Positions 19,699 to 28,957 of a stretch of DNA of 48,328 nucleotides are shown piece by piece (the first letter of the stretch is position 1; each line of letters starts with the position of its first letter). The stretch comes from Chloroflexota bacterium. GTDB lineage: Bacteria > Chloroflexota > Anaerolineae > J102. Location of the stretch: contig JAAENG010000017.1 of the NCBI GenBank assembly GCA_024224665.1, forward strand, positions 1 to 48,328. The letters run 5' to 3'. Both the position numbers and the translations under genes were made by a program. Below the pieces are notes generated by a model. The model searched no databases. It was not told the origin of the DNA and saw nothing but the letters and a program-made list of their open reading frames with translations.

Positions 19699-21201
19699 GT
19701 GAACACCCGTCGCCGTGATCAGGTGCAACGATACGGTCCTTTGGGGCTCATCCTCACGGTCTATTTGCTGCTGGGATGTTTGTATGTCTTGTTTACACCC
19801 ACCTGGCAAGCGCCCGACGAACCCGCTCACTACAATTACCTCCGCCAGGTTGCGACAAGCGCACGTTTACCGGTTTTACTGCAAGGGGATTATGATCAGG
19901 CCTATCTGGAAGCGATCAAGGCTCAGAAATTCCCAGACGATATGTCTATCGATCGTATCCGTTACGAGGGGCATCAACCGCCCTTGTACTATTGGCTTGC
20001 CTCACCTGTTTATCGGTTGACCTCTCATCTCGATATTTCTCGAAGCGTTCAGGCAATAAGGCTGTTAGGGGTCGTGCTGGGGGCGGGGGTCGTCATCCTG
20101 GTGTGGGCCAGCTCCCGGCGGCTATTTCCCTCCCATCCTCATATTGCCACGCTAGCTGCGGGATTTGCTGCCTTCCTGCCCATGCATCTGGCGATGATGG
20201 CATCGATTAACAATGATACACTGGCAGAGCTACTCATCGCCCTCGGTGTCTACAGATTGCTTGGACACCTCAAACATGGTGAATGGCGGGCCCGTGCATG
20301 GGTTGTCACCGGTATTGTGGTCGGTTTGGGTATGCTGACAAAATTTCAAGCCTACATATTGCTACCCATGACCGGCATCGTCTGGTTGTATGATGTGTGG
20401 CGTTGCCGCCAAGAAAGAGAGTGTAAGAGGAGCACCTGGCTGAATGGCGTGGGCTGGTTGCTCCCACCCTTGTTGTTACCCCTGGCCTGGTGGCGGCGCA
20501 ACACCATGGTCTATGGTCTGACCGATCCACTGGGCTTGTACTGGCACGACGCCGTTGTTGTCGGCCAACCCCGCACAGCAGAGTGGATTGCGGCCAATGG
20601 CTGGGGGGGCTATCTCGACCGCTATGTGAGTTTTACATTCAAGTCTTTCTGGGGAGTTTTTGGCTGGCTGGGTGCTTTTATGGATGGGCGGGTTTATTCA
20701 CTGCTGTTTATTCTCAGCGTTTTGGTCGTGGTGGGTATGCTCTGGCAGCTAGGGCGCTATCGACTTGGCACCATTAAACTGTCTGAATACCAAAAGCGTG
20801 GCCTGGTGCTGTTAGTGATTCAGCTCCTGATCGTCCTCCTCACCTATCTCTGGTACAACCTCGGTTTTGTCCAACACCAGGGTCGCTATCTCTTCCCCGC
20901 CCTTGTCCCGATTAGTATCGCCTTCGCGATCGGCCTCAACGGCCTGTTCTCGCCTCAAGGGAGCCGTTGGGGAGCTATTGTTGCCATTGGGCTCGTGGCT
21001 ATCATGGGCCTGCTAGGACTGGCAACAGGGGGTCCCGACAAATGGGCGTTGCTCATGGCATTACTGGCGGCAATCGTACTTGGCCTGCACAGTCGATTTG
21101 CGCTTTTGCCGCAGAGGTTACTCACCACGGCAACGCTGGTATTGCTCATTGTTATAGATCTGTATGCTCTATTCGGCGTTGTGGTTCCACAGTTGGGTTA
21201 A
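19699..21201 (+). CDS. GT-C fold membrane glycosyltransferase (PMT_2/DUF2142-like)
   Basis: PDEPAH, HQPPLYY, INND, LTK, QGRYLFP; multi-TM. Confidence 0.85.
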   Translation: MNTRRRDQVQRYGPLGLILTVYLLLGCLYVLFTPTWQAPDEPAHYNYLRQVATSARLPVLLQGDYDQAYLEAIKAQKFPDDMSIDRIRYEGHQPPLYYWLASPVYRLTSHLDISRSVQAIRLLGVVLGAGVVILVWASSRRLFPSHPHIATLAAGFAAFLPMHLAMMASINNDTLAELLIALGVYRLLGHLKHGEWRARAWVVTGIVVGLGMLTKFQAYILLPMTGIVWLYDVWRCRQERECKRSTWLNGVGWLLPPLLLPLAWWRRNTMVYGLTDPLGLYWHDAVVVGQPRTAEWIAANGWGGYLDRYVSFTFKSFWGVFGWLGAFMDGRVYSLLFILSVLVVVGMLWQLGRYRLGTIKLSEYQKRGLVLLVIQLLIVLLTYLWYNLGFVQHQGRYLFPALVPISIAFAIGLNGLFSPQGSRWGAIVAIGLVAIMGLLGLATGGPDKWALLMALLAAIVLGLHSRFALLPQRLLTTATLVLLIVIDLYALFGVVVPQLG

Positions 21202-21209
21202 AGACTAGA

Positions 21210-22151
21210 TCATCCTCTGCCCCCACCCAAAAAGAGCCGTTTCCAAAAACTGGGTGAATCTTCCGGCCGGTTTGGTTCGTCCCAATCACCGCGAGCTCGC
21301 ATTGCCAGCCATTGTGAGCGCCGATCTACAGCTTGTTCGAAGCGTTCATTTATGGCCTTGGTATCCTCGGCCTGCAAGTCAGCCTTCCACCCTTGTAGTT
21401 CGTCGATTAACAAGTCAAGCCACTGGGCGACGTTCACGTTATTTGTGGTGACTGCCGCGGTCAGATCCTCAGATTCGAAGTCGGGTAGGTAAGTTGCGGC
21501 GCCAAATTGATTGCCTGCCATATGGCGAATTTCTCGCCAGGCCGGGTTCTTGCTGGTGGCGCCCAAGACCGCTGCCGCCAGCACTGTGGGCATCCCATCG
21601 ACAGCGGCCATTAATCCGTCGTGTTCCACAGGATCGAGGAACACTGGCGAAGCACCGATAGCTGTGACGAAATCTGATGCCACACTTATAGCGGCCGCGT
21701 CTGTTTCGGGGGTAGGGCAAAGCGCCCAGGGGATATCCGTAAACAGATCCGGAGTGGCCTGGTCTACGGTCAGATGTGCGCCGGAGATCAGGATGGGATT
21801 GCTCCCCACAAAATGGACAGCATCGGGTAAAACTTTGGCTGCCTCAATGATAGGTACCTTGATGGTGGCGGTGTCCATCACCATACTGCCCGGCTTGAGA
21901 TCATCTTTCAGCGCCTCTAATGTCGGACCAATGCCACCTGCGGGAATGGCGAGGATGATCAGATCTGCATCTTCACAAGCATTGATAAGATTCCAATTCG
22001 TTTTATCGACGACGCCCCGCTTTTTTGCTTTTGCCGCGGCATCGGTGCTCTTGTCATGCCCCATAATGACATAGTTGCGCTCATTCTGTTTGAGTGCCAG
22101 GCCAATCGATGTGCCGATCAGGCCGAGGCCGATGATGGTGATTTGTGACAT
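21210..22151 (-). CDS. Prephenate/arogenate dehydrogenase-like protein (divergent active site)
   Basis: IIGLGLIGTSIG Rossmann motif, ADLIILAIP, DTATIK, EHD. Confidence 0.8.
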   Translation of the reverse strand: MSQITIIGLGLIGTSIGLALKQNERNYVIMGHDKSTDAAAKAKKRGVVDKTNWNLINACEDADLIILAIPAGGIGPTLEALKDDLKPGSMVMDTATIKVPIIEAAKVLPDAVHFVGSNPILISGAHLTVDQATPDLFTDIPWALCPTPETDAAAISVASDFVTAIGASPVFLDPVEHDGLMAAVDGMPTVLAAAVLGATSKNPAWREIRHMAGNQFGAATYLPDFESEDLTAAVTTNNVNVAQWLDLLIDELQGWKADLQAEDTKAINERFEQAVDRRSQWLAMRARGDWDEPNRPEDSPSFWKRLFLGGGRG

Positions 22152-22230
22152 AGGTGTTGGCTCCGCTTATGTGTGAGGTGTAGAGACCTCAGGTATGGTT
22201 CATTCGTGATTGTCATTGTTTTGTGGATTG

Positions 22231-22282
22231 ACGTGTTGCGTAGTAGTTGGCTACAAAACAACGCAACACGTATCACGTATCA
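22231..22282. repeat. Heptamer-based hairpin (ACGTGTTGCGT/ACGCAACACGT) with CACGTAT units
   Basis: Perfect 11-bp inverted repeat 22231..22241 / 22261..22271; the heptamer run starts at the TGA of the HD gene. Confidence 0.7.
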
Positions 22283-22849
22283 GCTCACCGCATCTGCATC
22301 CTGTAGCGCTTGCAGAAGCGCATGGTTTGCACAAGCAGGATCTGGATCGTTTTCGTGCTGGCAGATGAGCCACACGGTACGCTCGCTACATCCTACCTGT
22401 TCTGCAAAATGTGACCCGCGCAAGGGATGGGTTTGCAAGATATAAAATGGGTAGCGCCACGTGCCCGGTTCTGCTGACCGAGAGAGCACTTGCCAGCGCT
22501 GCGGCGACAGGCCTTTGAGCAACACCTTGAGCGAGCGCTGCCACACCCTCAAGTGCGTTGCAGATTTGCCATTATCATGGAGCAAGGCCGCGGTCAGCAA
22601 GTCTGTATCATCGTGCCCCTGCGCAAGCAAGCGCTGATAAACCCTCAAACTATGCGCGCGATCCGCTTTACTCATGTTGGCGTAGAGCGTATAGGTCTCG
22701 GGGTCCAAAAAAGCCTTTGCCGGTGAATCATCCACATGCTGGAACATCGCCAACATGCCTGTGACACCTTGTCTAAGGCGGTGTGACACGCTCGAAACCG
22801 GGCGGTGGGGAGAGGAGGATATGAGAGTCACAGGATTGAGGCTGGGCAT
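22280..22849 (-). CDS. HD-domain phosphohydrolase (start uncertain)
   Basis: RAHS, AALLHDNGK, HP..G, HE, LQDAD. Confidence 0.85.
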   Translation of the reverse strand: MPSLNPVTLISSSPHRPVSSVSHRLRQGVTGMLAMFQHVDDSPAKAFLDPETYTLYANMSKADRAHSLRVYQRLLAQGHDDTDLLTAALLHDNGKSATHLRVWQRSLKVLLKGLSPQRWQVLSRSAEPGTWRYPFYILQTHPLRGSHFAEQVGCSERTVWLICQHENDPDPACANHALLQALQDADAVS

Positions 22850-22870
22850 GTGCTCGGTTTGAAGGTGTTA

Positions 22871-22970
22871 GGCGAATTCCAAGAAATCATGATCCAAAGA
22901 TTTGCGCTATTGAGGAATTCGCTTGAGGCTTTTTCAGGTCGAGTTGGATCATTATTTTACTGAAAAAGCC
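22871..22970 (-). mobile_element. Family B 100-bp MITE, TSD TTA
   Basis: Ends GGCGAATTCCAAGAAATCATGATCC / GGATCATTATTTTACTGAAAAAGCC; TTA on both sides; 86/100 ungapped identity to 28839..28938 in inverted orientation. Confidence 0.85.
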
Positions 22971-23627
22971 TTAACCCAACAAGACACCCAAAATACTCTG
23001 CATGGGCACACCGAACACCCATTGGATAGGTGAAAGTGCAGGGAGTTGCCAATCGATGACCAAGAGCAGGATCAAGAACATGGGGCCGAACTGAACCTGC
23101 CGTTGCCACAGATCGGCCAGGCTGCGCGACCAGCTTTGTCCTATCGTGTCCAGCAGGGCGACAAAAACATTGTAGCCGTCGAGAGGAAAGACCGGGATCA
23201 AATTGAAGAGCATGAGCGCCACATTGATAACGACCCACGAAAGTAAAAATTGGGTGATCAACGGCTCTGTGGGTTGCAAGAGCTGGATGACGGCGGAACC
23301 AGCGATGGCCAACAGTAAGTTCGAGACAGGTCCGGCGATGGCGACGATCCCCATCCCTGCACGGGGAGAGGTACGGAAATTACGAGGTTGGACCTGAACC
23401 GGCTTGCCCCAGCCGATGCCGAATCCTGCCAGCGATGACATCACGATCATCAAGGTGCCAACCCGGTCCAGATGGGCGATGGGGTTGAGTGTAATGCGGC
23501 CCTGACGGCGTGGTGTCGAATCACCCAGGTATTCGGCCGTGATAGCATGACTGAACTCGTGGATAGAGATGCTGATCACAAGCACGATCATGGATAAGAT
23601 GAAAGAATAAAGGATCTCGAGATTCAT
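22971..23627 (-). CDS. Site-2 protease family (M50) peptidase
   Basis: HEFSH, ITLNPIAHLD, GWGKPV, AGPVSN, NLIPVFPLDG. Confidence 0.95.
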   Translation of the reverse strand: MNLEILYSFILSMIVLVISISIHEFSHAITAEYLGDSTPRRQGRITLNPIAHLDRVGTLMIVMSSLAGFGIGWGKPVQVQPRNFRTSPRAGMGIVAIAGPVSNLLLAIAGSAVIQLLQPTEPLITQFLLSWVVINVALMLFNLIPVFPLDGYNVFVALLDTIGQSWSRSLADLWQRQVQFGPMFLILLLVIDWQLPALSPIQWVFGVPMQSILGVLLG

Positions 23628-23706
23628 GGTACCTTCTGGTTGTCAAATATACTATGATTATAGCATAGTTGGGTCAAAGTCAGCGTCCGCCGCCGACACG
23701 CTAATT

Positions 23707-26013
23707 ATGTCCTATCTCGATCTGGGATCTTCATCTCAAGCCTGGTTCTTGGCTCCGACCCCTCGCATCGCCCTCGACGCCCCCATCGTTGGCGATGGCC
23801 CCGTCGTTGGCGATGGCCCCTTTTTAGACGACTTACAGGGGGTGTCCGGCTGGTTGCCGGCGCGGGTGCCAGGCTGTGTGCAACGGGATCTCATGCGAGT
23901 GGGCCAACTGCCCGATCTGTACAAGTCCCCTGATCCCTATGAAGCGTCTCACTGGATACACGACAATGATTGGTGGTACCGCACAGAGCTACCGGCGATC
24001 CCGGCTGACCAGCGCGCCTGGCTTCGTTTTGACGGCATCGATTACCAGGGCGCTGTGGTGCTGAATGGCGTTGAGCTGGGCCGTGGCGCCGGGATGTACG
24101 CTCGCCGCCAGTGGGAGGTGACAGAAGCGTTGCGGCAAGGAAAAGGTGATCTGGCCGTGCGTATTTGGGGCGCGGGTGCTCTACCCAAATGGCCTGATTC
24201 TGTTGCGCTCCGCCTCAAGCGCCAGGTGATGAGCCGATTGCAAGGTGGAATTCCCGCCTTCGACGACCGTCTGCTAACCCTGAAAGCGCCGCTGCATTTC
24301 GGCTGGGATTTCGCGCCGCGTCTCTTGCCAATAGGCATCTGGGATGATGTGGCACTGCATTGCGCCAGAGATGTTGGCATTGTCGATGTGTGGGCTCGAG
24401 CGGAGTGGGAGCCAGAGCATGGTGTGATTGTACAGCTGGCAGTGGACGCTAACTGTGAAAAGAGCATACATATAACTCTGAAAATGACCGGGGTCAAAAA
24501 TAATCTCGAATGTCTGCCTCTGCGCAAGACAATCGAGGTAAGATCGGGGCGGCAGATCATACACTTGCACTGGAAACAGGCGCTATTACAGCCGTGGACA
24601 ACGCACGATCGAGGTGTTCCACAGCGCTATCGGCTGAGCATCCAATTAGAAGATGAGCGGGGTATACTGGATGAACACGAGACCATGGTGGGGTGTCGGA
24701 CCATTGCCTGGGAACAGCCCTCGTCCAGTCGAGATAGCGCTCGGCAGCTTTTTCTGAACGGTGAACGATTGCGTTTGCGTGGTGTCAATTGGGTACCGTT
24801 GGACCTGCTTCCGGGCGCAGAAGAGGAAGTCGTGCGCTATCGCAGGTTGCTGCAGGCTGCCGTCGATGCCGGTGTGAACGCCTTGCGCGTGTGGGGTGGG
24901 GGCGGGCGTGAGCGCAAATGTTTTTATGATCTCTGCGACGAGCTAGGGTTGCTGGTCTGGCAGGAATTGCCCATCGCCTGTGTATTCCTCGACCGCATGT
25001 CACAAGAACGGGCCTTTCTCGATCTCGCTCGTCAGGAGGCGAGTGGTATCGTGCGCTCTTTGCGAGGACATCCATCCCTTATGTTGTGGGGAGGGGGCAA
25101 TGAGTGGGGCCCGGGCCGCCACAAAAAGCTAGCCGCTGTTTTGGGAGAAGTGGTCGCGCATGAAGACCCCTCACGGCGCTGGTTGCCTGCCTCGCCGGGG
25201 CCGCACGACAGCCATAACTGGCAGGTCTGGCATGACAAGGCGCCTCCCGATCACTACTCGAAGGATCCCTCGCCACTGCTTAGTGAGTTCGGCCTCGCCG
25301 CTCCGCCGCATGCGGAGACAATGGCGAAGCTGTTGCCACCTGAAACCCTGTGGCCCCCCACCGATACCTGGCTCGAACGCCATGCTGAACCCGACAAACT
25401 GTGCCATTACGCCCAAGCGCTTGGCTCACTCGATCTACATCAGACTTCATCGCCCTCCGAAGCGCGGGCGGCACTTGAGTCGTTTGTGCTTGCCAGCCAG
25501 AATGCGCAAGCTCGTGGTTTGCAAGCGGGCATCGAGGCTTATCGATTACGCGAAAATGCGATCGGCGCCTTTATCTGGCAGTGGAACGAGCCCTGGCCCG
25601 CCATCTGTTGGAGCATCATACCCTATTCCGGCCCCCCCAAGCGCGCTTACGAGCAGATCCGCCGCTCATACAGTCCCATCGCCCCCCTGGCCCGACTGAC
25701 AGCCGATGGCGTCGAACTTTGGATAGTCAACGATCTCCCAACATCGCCGGGCGCTTGCGAAATGATCGCGCGCGTCGATGGGGAGGTTGTCTGGGAGGGG
25801 AAGGTGACACCGCCGGCCAATGATCGCGAGCTGGTCTATGTGTTACCTTCTACGGATTCGTCGGCGCAATGCCTGGCGCTTGAACTCAAGGGGCCGGGCG
25901 TCGAACAGTTCAATGATTATGCCCTAAACCTGGTTTGGCCTGCCGTCCCTACCAGCAGGCGGCCATTGCTCTGGCTGCGATCTCTGGTGAAACGATGGGC
26001 TCTGCGTTGGTAA
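23707..26013 (+). CDS. Glycoside hydrolase family 2 (beta-mannosidase-like)
   Basis: FDGIDY, FGWDF.P, RGVNWVP, RVWGGG, CDELGLLVWQE, WGGGNE (acid/base), SEFG (nucleophile), WQWNEPWP; start re-called at ATG 23707. Confidence 0.9.
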   Translation: MSYLDLGSSSQAWFLAPTPRIALDAPIVGDGPVVGDGPFLDDLQGVSGWLPARVPGCVQRDLMRVGQLPDLYKSPDPYEASHWIHDNDWWYRTELPAIPADQRAWLRFDGIDYQGAVVLNGVELGRGAGMYARRQWEVTEALRQGKGDLAVRIWGAGALPKWPDSVALRLKRQVMSRLQGGIPAFDDRLLTLKAPLHFGWDFAPRLLPIGIWDDVALHCARDVGIVDVWARAEWEPEHGVIVQLAVDANCEKSIHITLKMTGVKNNLECLPLRKTIEVRSGRQIIHLHWKQALLQPWTTHDRGVPQRYRLSIQLEDERGILDEHETMVGCRTIAWEQPSSSRDSARQLFLNGERLRLRGVNWVPLDLLPGAEEEVVRYRRLLQAAVDAGVNALRVWGGGGRERKCFYDLCDELGLLVWQELPIACVFLDRMSQERAFLDLARQEASGIVRSLRGHPSLMLWGGGNEWGPGRHKKLAAVLGEVVAHEDPSRRWLPASPGPHDSHNWQVWHDKAPPDHYSKDPSPLLSEFGLAAPPHAETMAKLLPPETLWPPTDTWLERHAEPDKLCHYAQALGSLDLHQTSSPSEARAALESFVLASQNAQARGLQAGIEAYRLRENAIGAFIWQWNEPWPAICWSIIPYSGPPKRAYEQIRRSYSPIAPLARLTADGVELWIVNDLPTSPGACEMIARVDGEVVWEGKVTPPANDRELVYVLPSTDSSAQCLALELKGPGVEQFNDYALNLVWPAVPTSRRPLLWLRSLVKRWALRW

Positions 26014-26095
26014 CATCAACCAGGACTTGACGATGTATTCATGCCATTGGTAGATTGCATGAACCCGCTATGACAGAAAACTGTGTGCGGCTCAC

Positions 26096-27601
26096 CTACG
26101 GCTGCCAAGACAATCGCTCTTCAATCCAACCGCGGGTGATGAACTCCGGTTCTCTCGCAACCCGTCCATCGAGCGGTCCTGGCAATGCAAACATCCGACG
26201 CTGATTTCCACCATTGGCATTCATCACCCAAATGGACCACTGCCCATCTCTGTCAGAGGCAAAGGCGATATAGCGGCCGTCAGGTGACCAGGTCGGAAGA
26301 CCGTCGTTGGCGCTGTTTTCTGTTAGTCTTTTCAGACCGGAACCATCGACCTGGATTCGATAGATCTCCCAGCCATTATCCCGCTGAGACATGAAGAGGA
26401 TGACATTGCCGTTGGGTGATGGCGCAGGTGCAGTTGCTGATCCATCTTCTACAACCATGATCCTATTCGATCCATCACCATTCATGACGGCAATACCCGA
26501 TGCAGGGAATGTCGTACGATAAACAATGCGTCCATCCGGCATGGCTGATGGCATTTCACCATAGACTGCGGAACCACCCTCTGTGAGTGTTTGCTCGTCG
26601 CCTGCATGGGAATTCACCCGATAAACCCGCGACTGCCGATCGCTCTCTCTACGTGAGAAAAAGAGTAAGTGGCCACCGTCAGCCGTCCAGACTGGCGCGG
26701 CATCTTCGAGAAATGTACTCAACCGTTTGAGTCCGGCGCCATCAAGATTCAGTGTTTCGATCCCGCGCTCATCTGATTTCCACCTGCGGACCGCCAGATC
26801 GCGTCCATTGGGGCTGAGGCTTGGCTGGCTGGCGTTATCCATAACCAATTGCTGGGCTGAGCCATCGATGTTGGCGATAAAGACATCATACGTGGCTTTG
26901 GTTGTATTGAAAACAGGAAAGGCGATGCGCCCTTTGGGTGGTGGTGGCGGAGGTGGTTTGGGTGTGGCTTTCGGCCGTGCTTTTGTCGGGGCCGCTTCAG
27001 CGGTCGCTGTGGCTTGACTGGCTGCCCGGTTTTTGATGCGTGCCGTCGCCGTGAGTTGCACGATGGCCGTTTTGGTAGCTAGGGCGTCAGGTGTTTCTGT
27101 GGCGGTTTCGGTCGGTAAGGCAGTGGGTGTATGGATGGTGGTTTCCGTTGGCGTCGCAGTGGGTTCTTCCGTCGGCACGGGGCTTGGCGTATCGGTGGGG
27201 GGGATGATGATGGGTGTATTCGTAGCCGCGGGCGGTGTCCAGGTGGGGGTTGGCGCCGTTGGGGTTGCCGTCCGTATAGGGGTGGTCGTTGGGCTTGGTT
27301 TAGGTGTGTTCGTTACAGGGTAAGGTGTCGATACCTCTGCTACAGAAGCAAATGCAGGTGTGTACGTTGGCACCAGGGTGATGACTGGAACGGCGTCGCT
27401 CTGGGATCCATTGCCTGTGCCCATTGCCTGAGCCAGGAAATAAGAAATGGGTTTTGCCGACGTAACGGTTTCGACCACAGCTAAAGAGACGACACAAACG
27501 ATCAAAAACCCTAGCAGCATGACAACGGCCAATAGCGCCTGGGCACGTGGTGGTGCACTCTTTTGGGGATCTTGAGACATAGTAAATGGTAACTCCGACA
27601 T
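26096..27601 (-). CDS. Membrane-anchored TolB-like (PD40) beta-propeller with a Pro/Thr-rich linker
   Basis: N-terminal TM, long PT repeats, PSLSPNG / PTWSPDGRYIAFASDR repeats. Confidence 0.9.
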   Translation of the reverse strand: MSELPFTMSQDPQKSAPPRAQALLAVVMLLGFLIVCVVSLAVVETVTSAKPISYFLAQAMGTGNGSQSDAVPVITLVPTYTPAFASVAEVSTPYPVTNTPKPSPTTTPIRTATPTAPTPTWTPPAATNTPIIIPPTDTPSPVPTEEPTATPTETTIHTPTALPTETATETPDALATKTAIVQLTATARIKNRAASQATATAEAAPTKARPKATPKPPPPPPPKGRIAFPVFNTTKATYDVFIANIDGSAQQLVMDNASQPSLSPNGRDLAVRRWKSDERGIETLNLDGAGLKRLSTFLEDAAPVWTADGGHLLFFSRRESDRQSRVYRVNSHAGDEQTLTEGGSAVYGEMPSAMPDGRIVYRTTFPASGIAVMNGDGSNRIMVVEDGSATAPAPSPNGNVILFMSQRDNGWEIYRIQVDGSGLKRLTENSANDGLPTWSPDGRYIAFASDRDGQWSIWVMNANGGNQRRMFALPGPLDGRVAREPEFITRGWIEERLSWQP

Positions 27602-27683
27602 CTTTAGGACTGGTGGCCGAGCCTAATGCCGTATTGACTGCTGGCAATAAGAGCGGCTCTGGCACCGAATAACAGGCCCTATT

Positions 27684-28553
27684 CTATGCCACTAGCTCCG
27701 GCAACACCAGCCATACACCCTTCGCATCGGCCACTGTCACATCGTCGACCAGCATTTTTCTCTCGACCAGAGTCTGTAGAACCGAACTCATATCGTTGCG
27801 CGGCCACTGCAGGATCTTGCCAGCGTCTGCACTTGTTGCGGCGCCAACTGATCTAAAAAAGAGCGACGCCAGATGTATTCGAGCCTCATTGCGAGAGATA
27901 GACCGCGCCTTTGCGGGTAATTGTGGATACCAACGATGAACGCACTCATACTTGAAGCTGTATCGCCAAGCGCCTGTTCGAGCGACACCCACCGGCAGGA
28001 TCTTGAAATCACGTTGCAGATAAGTGAGTGCCCGCTCGAAAGGACTGTTACTGGCTTTGCCTGTCATACGGATTTTCCGGCGCAGTGTGACAGTATCAAG
28101 TGGACCCTCCAGCAATGCATCATAGATGATCTTAGCCTCGTGTGACAGCTTACCATCCAGGTACTGGTCAAGATAATCCTCCTCTGGATCACCATAGTTT
28201 TCACTAAGTGCATAGAAATAGGGTGCTGTATCCAGAGAGATCATCGTTGCTTTTCCCCTAACGACCTTGGCGTAATACCACCATCGTTGATCTAGAGCTT
28301 GATCTTTCCATCCCCAGGTGATGTGCCCCGGATCATCGTGATCATTTGCTACAGATCGCGCCCCTGCCACAGCTGCCCACAGGTTGGGAAGTGTCACTCC
28401 CGAAATCGGCCAAAAATGTATATATCCTCTTGTATTGACAAAGTCGACAGCATCGGCAGGGGTCTTAACGCTTAGCTCTGGCGCCAAGCAAAATGTATCT
28501 TGACGATAACCGGCCAATCTATCAGGATCGAGTACAATGGTTGTAGCCAACAA
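27684..28553 (-). CDS. AlkZ/YcaQ-related winged-helix protein (putative crosslink DNA glycosylase family)
   Basis: TTG start with GAGGTG SD; AVDFVN.RG, W.WKD, YYAK..RGK...IS, F.RAL..LQ motifs. Confidence 0.6.
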   Translation of the reverse strand: MLATTIVLDPDRLAGYRQDTFCLAPELSVKTPADAVDFVNTRGYIHFWPISGVTLPNLWAAVAGARSVANDHDDPGHITWGWKDQALDQRWWYYAKVVRGKATMISLDTAPYFYALSENYGDPEEDYLDQYLDGKLSHEAKIIYDALLEGPLDTVTLRRKIRMTGKASNSPFERALTYLQRDFKILPVGVARTGAWRYSFKYECVHRWYPQLPAKARSISRNEARIHLASLFFRSVGAATSADAGKILQWPRNDMSSVLQTLVERKMLVDDVTVADAKGVWLVLPELVA

Positions 28554-28788
28554 TTCACCTCTTTTGGGTCTGCATCCGAACTCGCACCTGCGGCCTACTA
28601 CTTGCTACCTGCCCTAACGGGGCCTGATTTTCTCAGCGCGGTCCGGGAATAATCGCTAGACGTGTCTTATCGTTTACTTATCCGTCTTCAAGAATAGCAC
28701 AGTCAGTACGCCGATGCTATTAGGGCTGGTTGACACGATTCGCATCTGACCTTTCAGCCCGACATAACTCAAAACACGAAAGTTTCTT

Positions 28789-28817
28789 TTTACAATTGCA
28801 TGGCGTTGGGCTAGAAT
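28789..28817 (+). promoter_or_regulatory. Sigma70-type promoter of folC
   Basis: TTTACA-N17-TAGAAT. Confidence 0.6.
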
Positions 28818-28838
28818 GATTTGATTCTTTTCACTCAA

Positions 28839-28938
28839 GGCTTTTTCAGCAAAATAATGATCCGGTTCAACCTGAGAAAGCTTCATGCGAATTCCTCGAT
28901 AACGCAAGACTCTGGATCATTATTTCTTGGAATTCGCC
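28839..28938 (+). mobile_element. Family B 100-bp MITE, TSD CAA
   Basis: CAA on both sides; inverted homolog of 22871..22970. Confidence 0.85.
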
Positions 28939-28957
28939 CAACCCATTCAGAGTAATC

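Noticed and set aside
28674-28907. 77-aa minus-strand ORF in the alkZ-folC gap
   Set aside because: Overlaps the family B MITE and the folC promoter; no motif.
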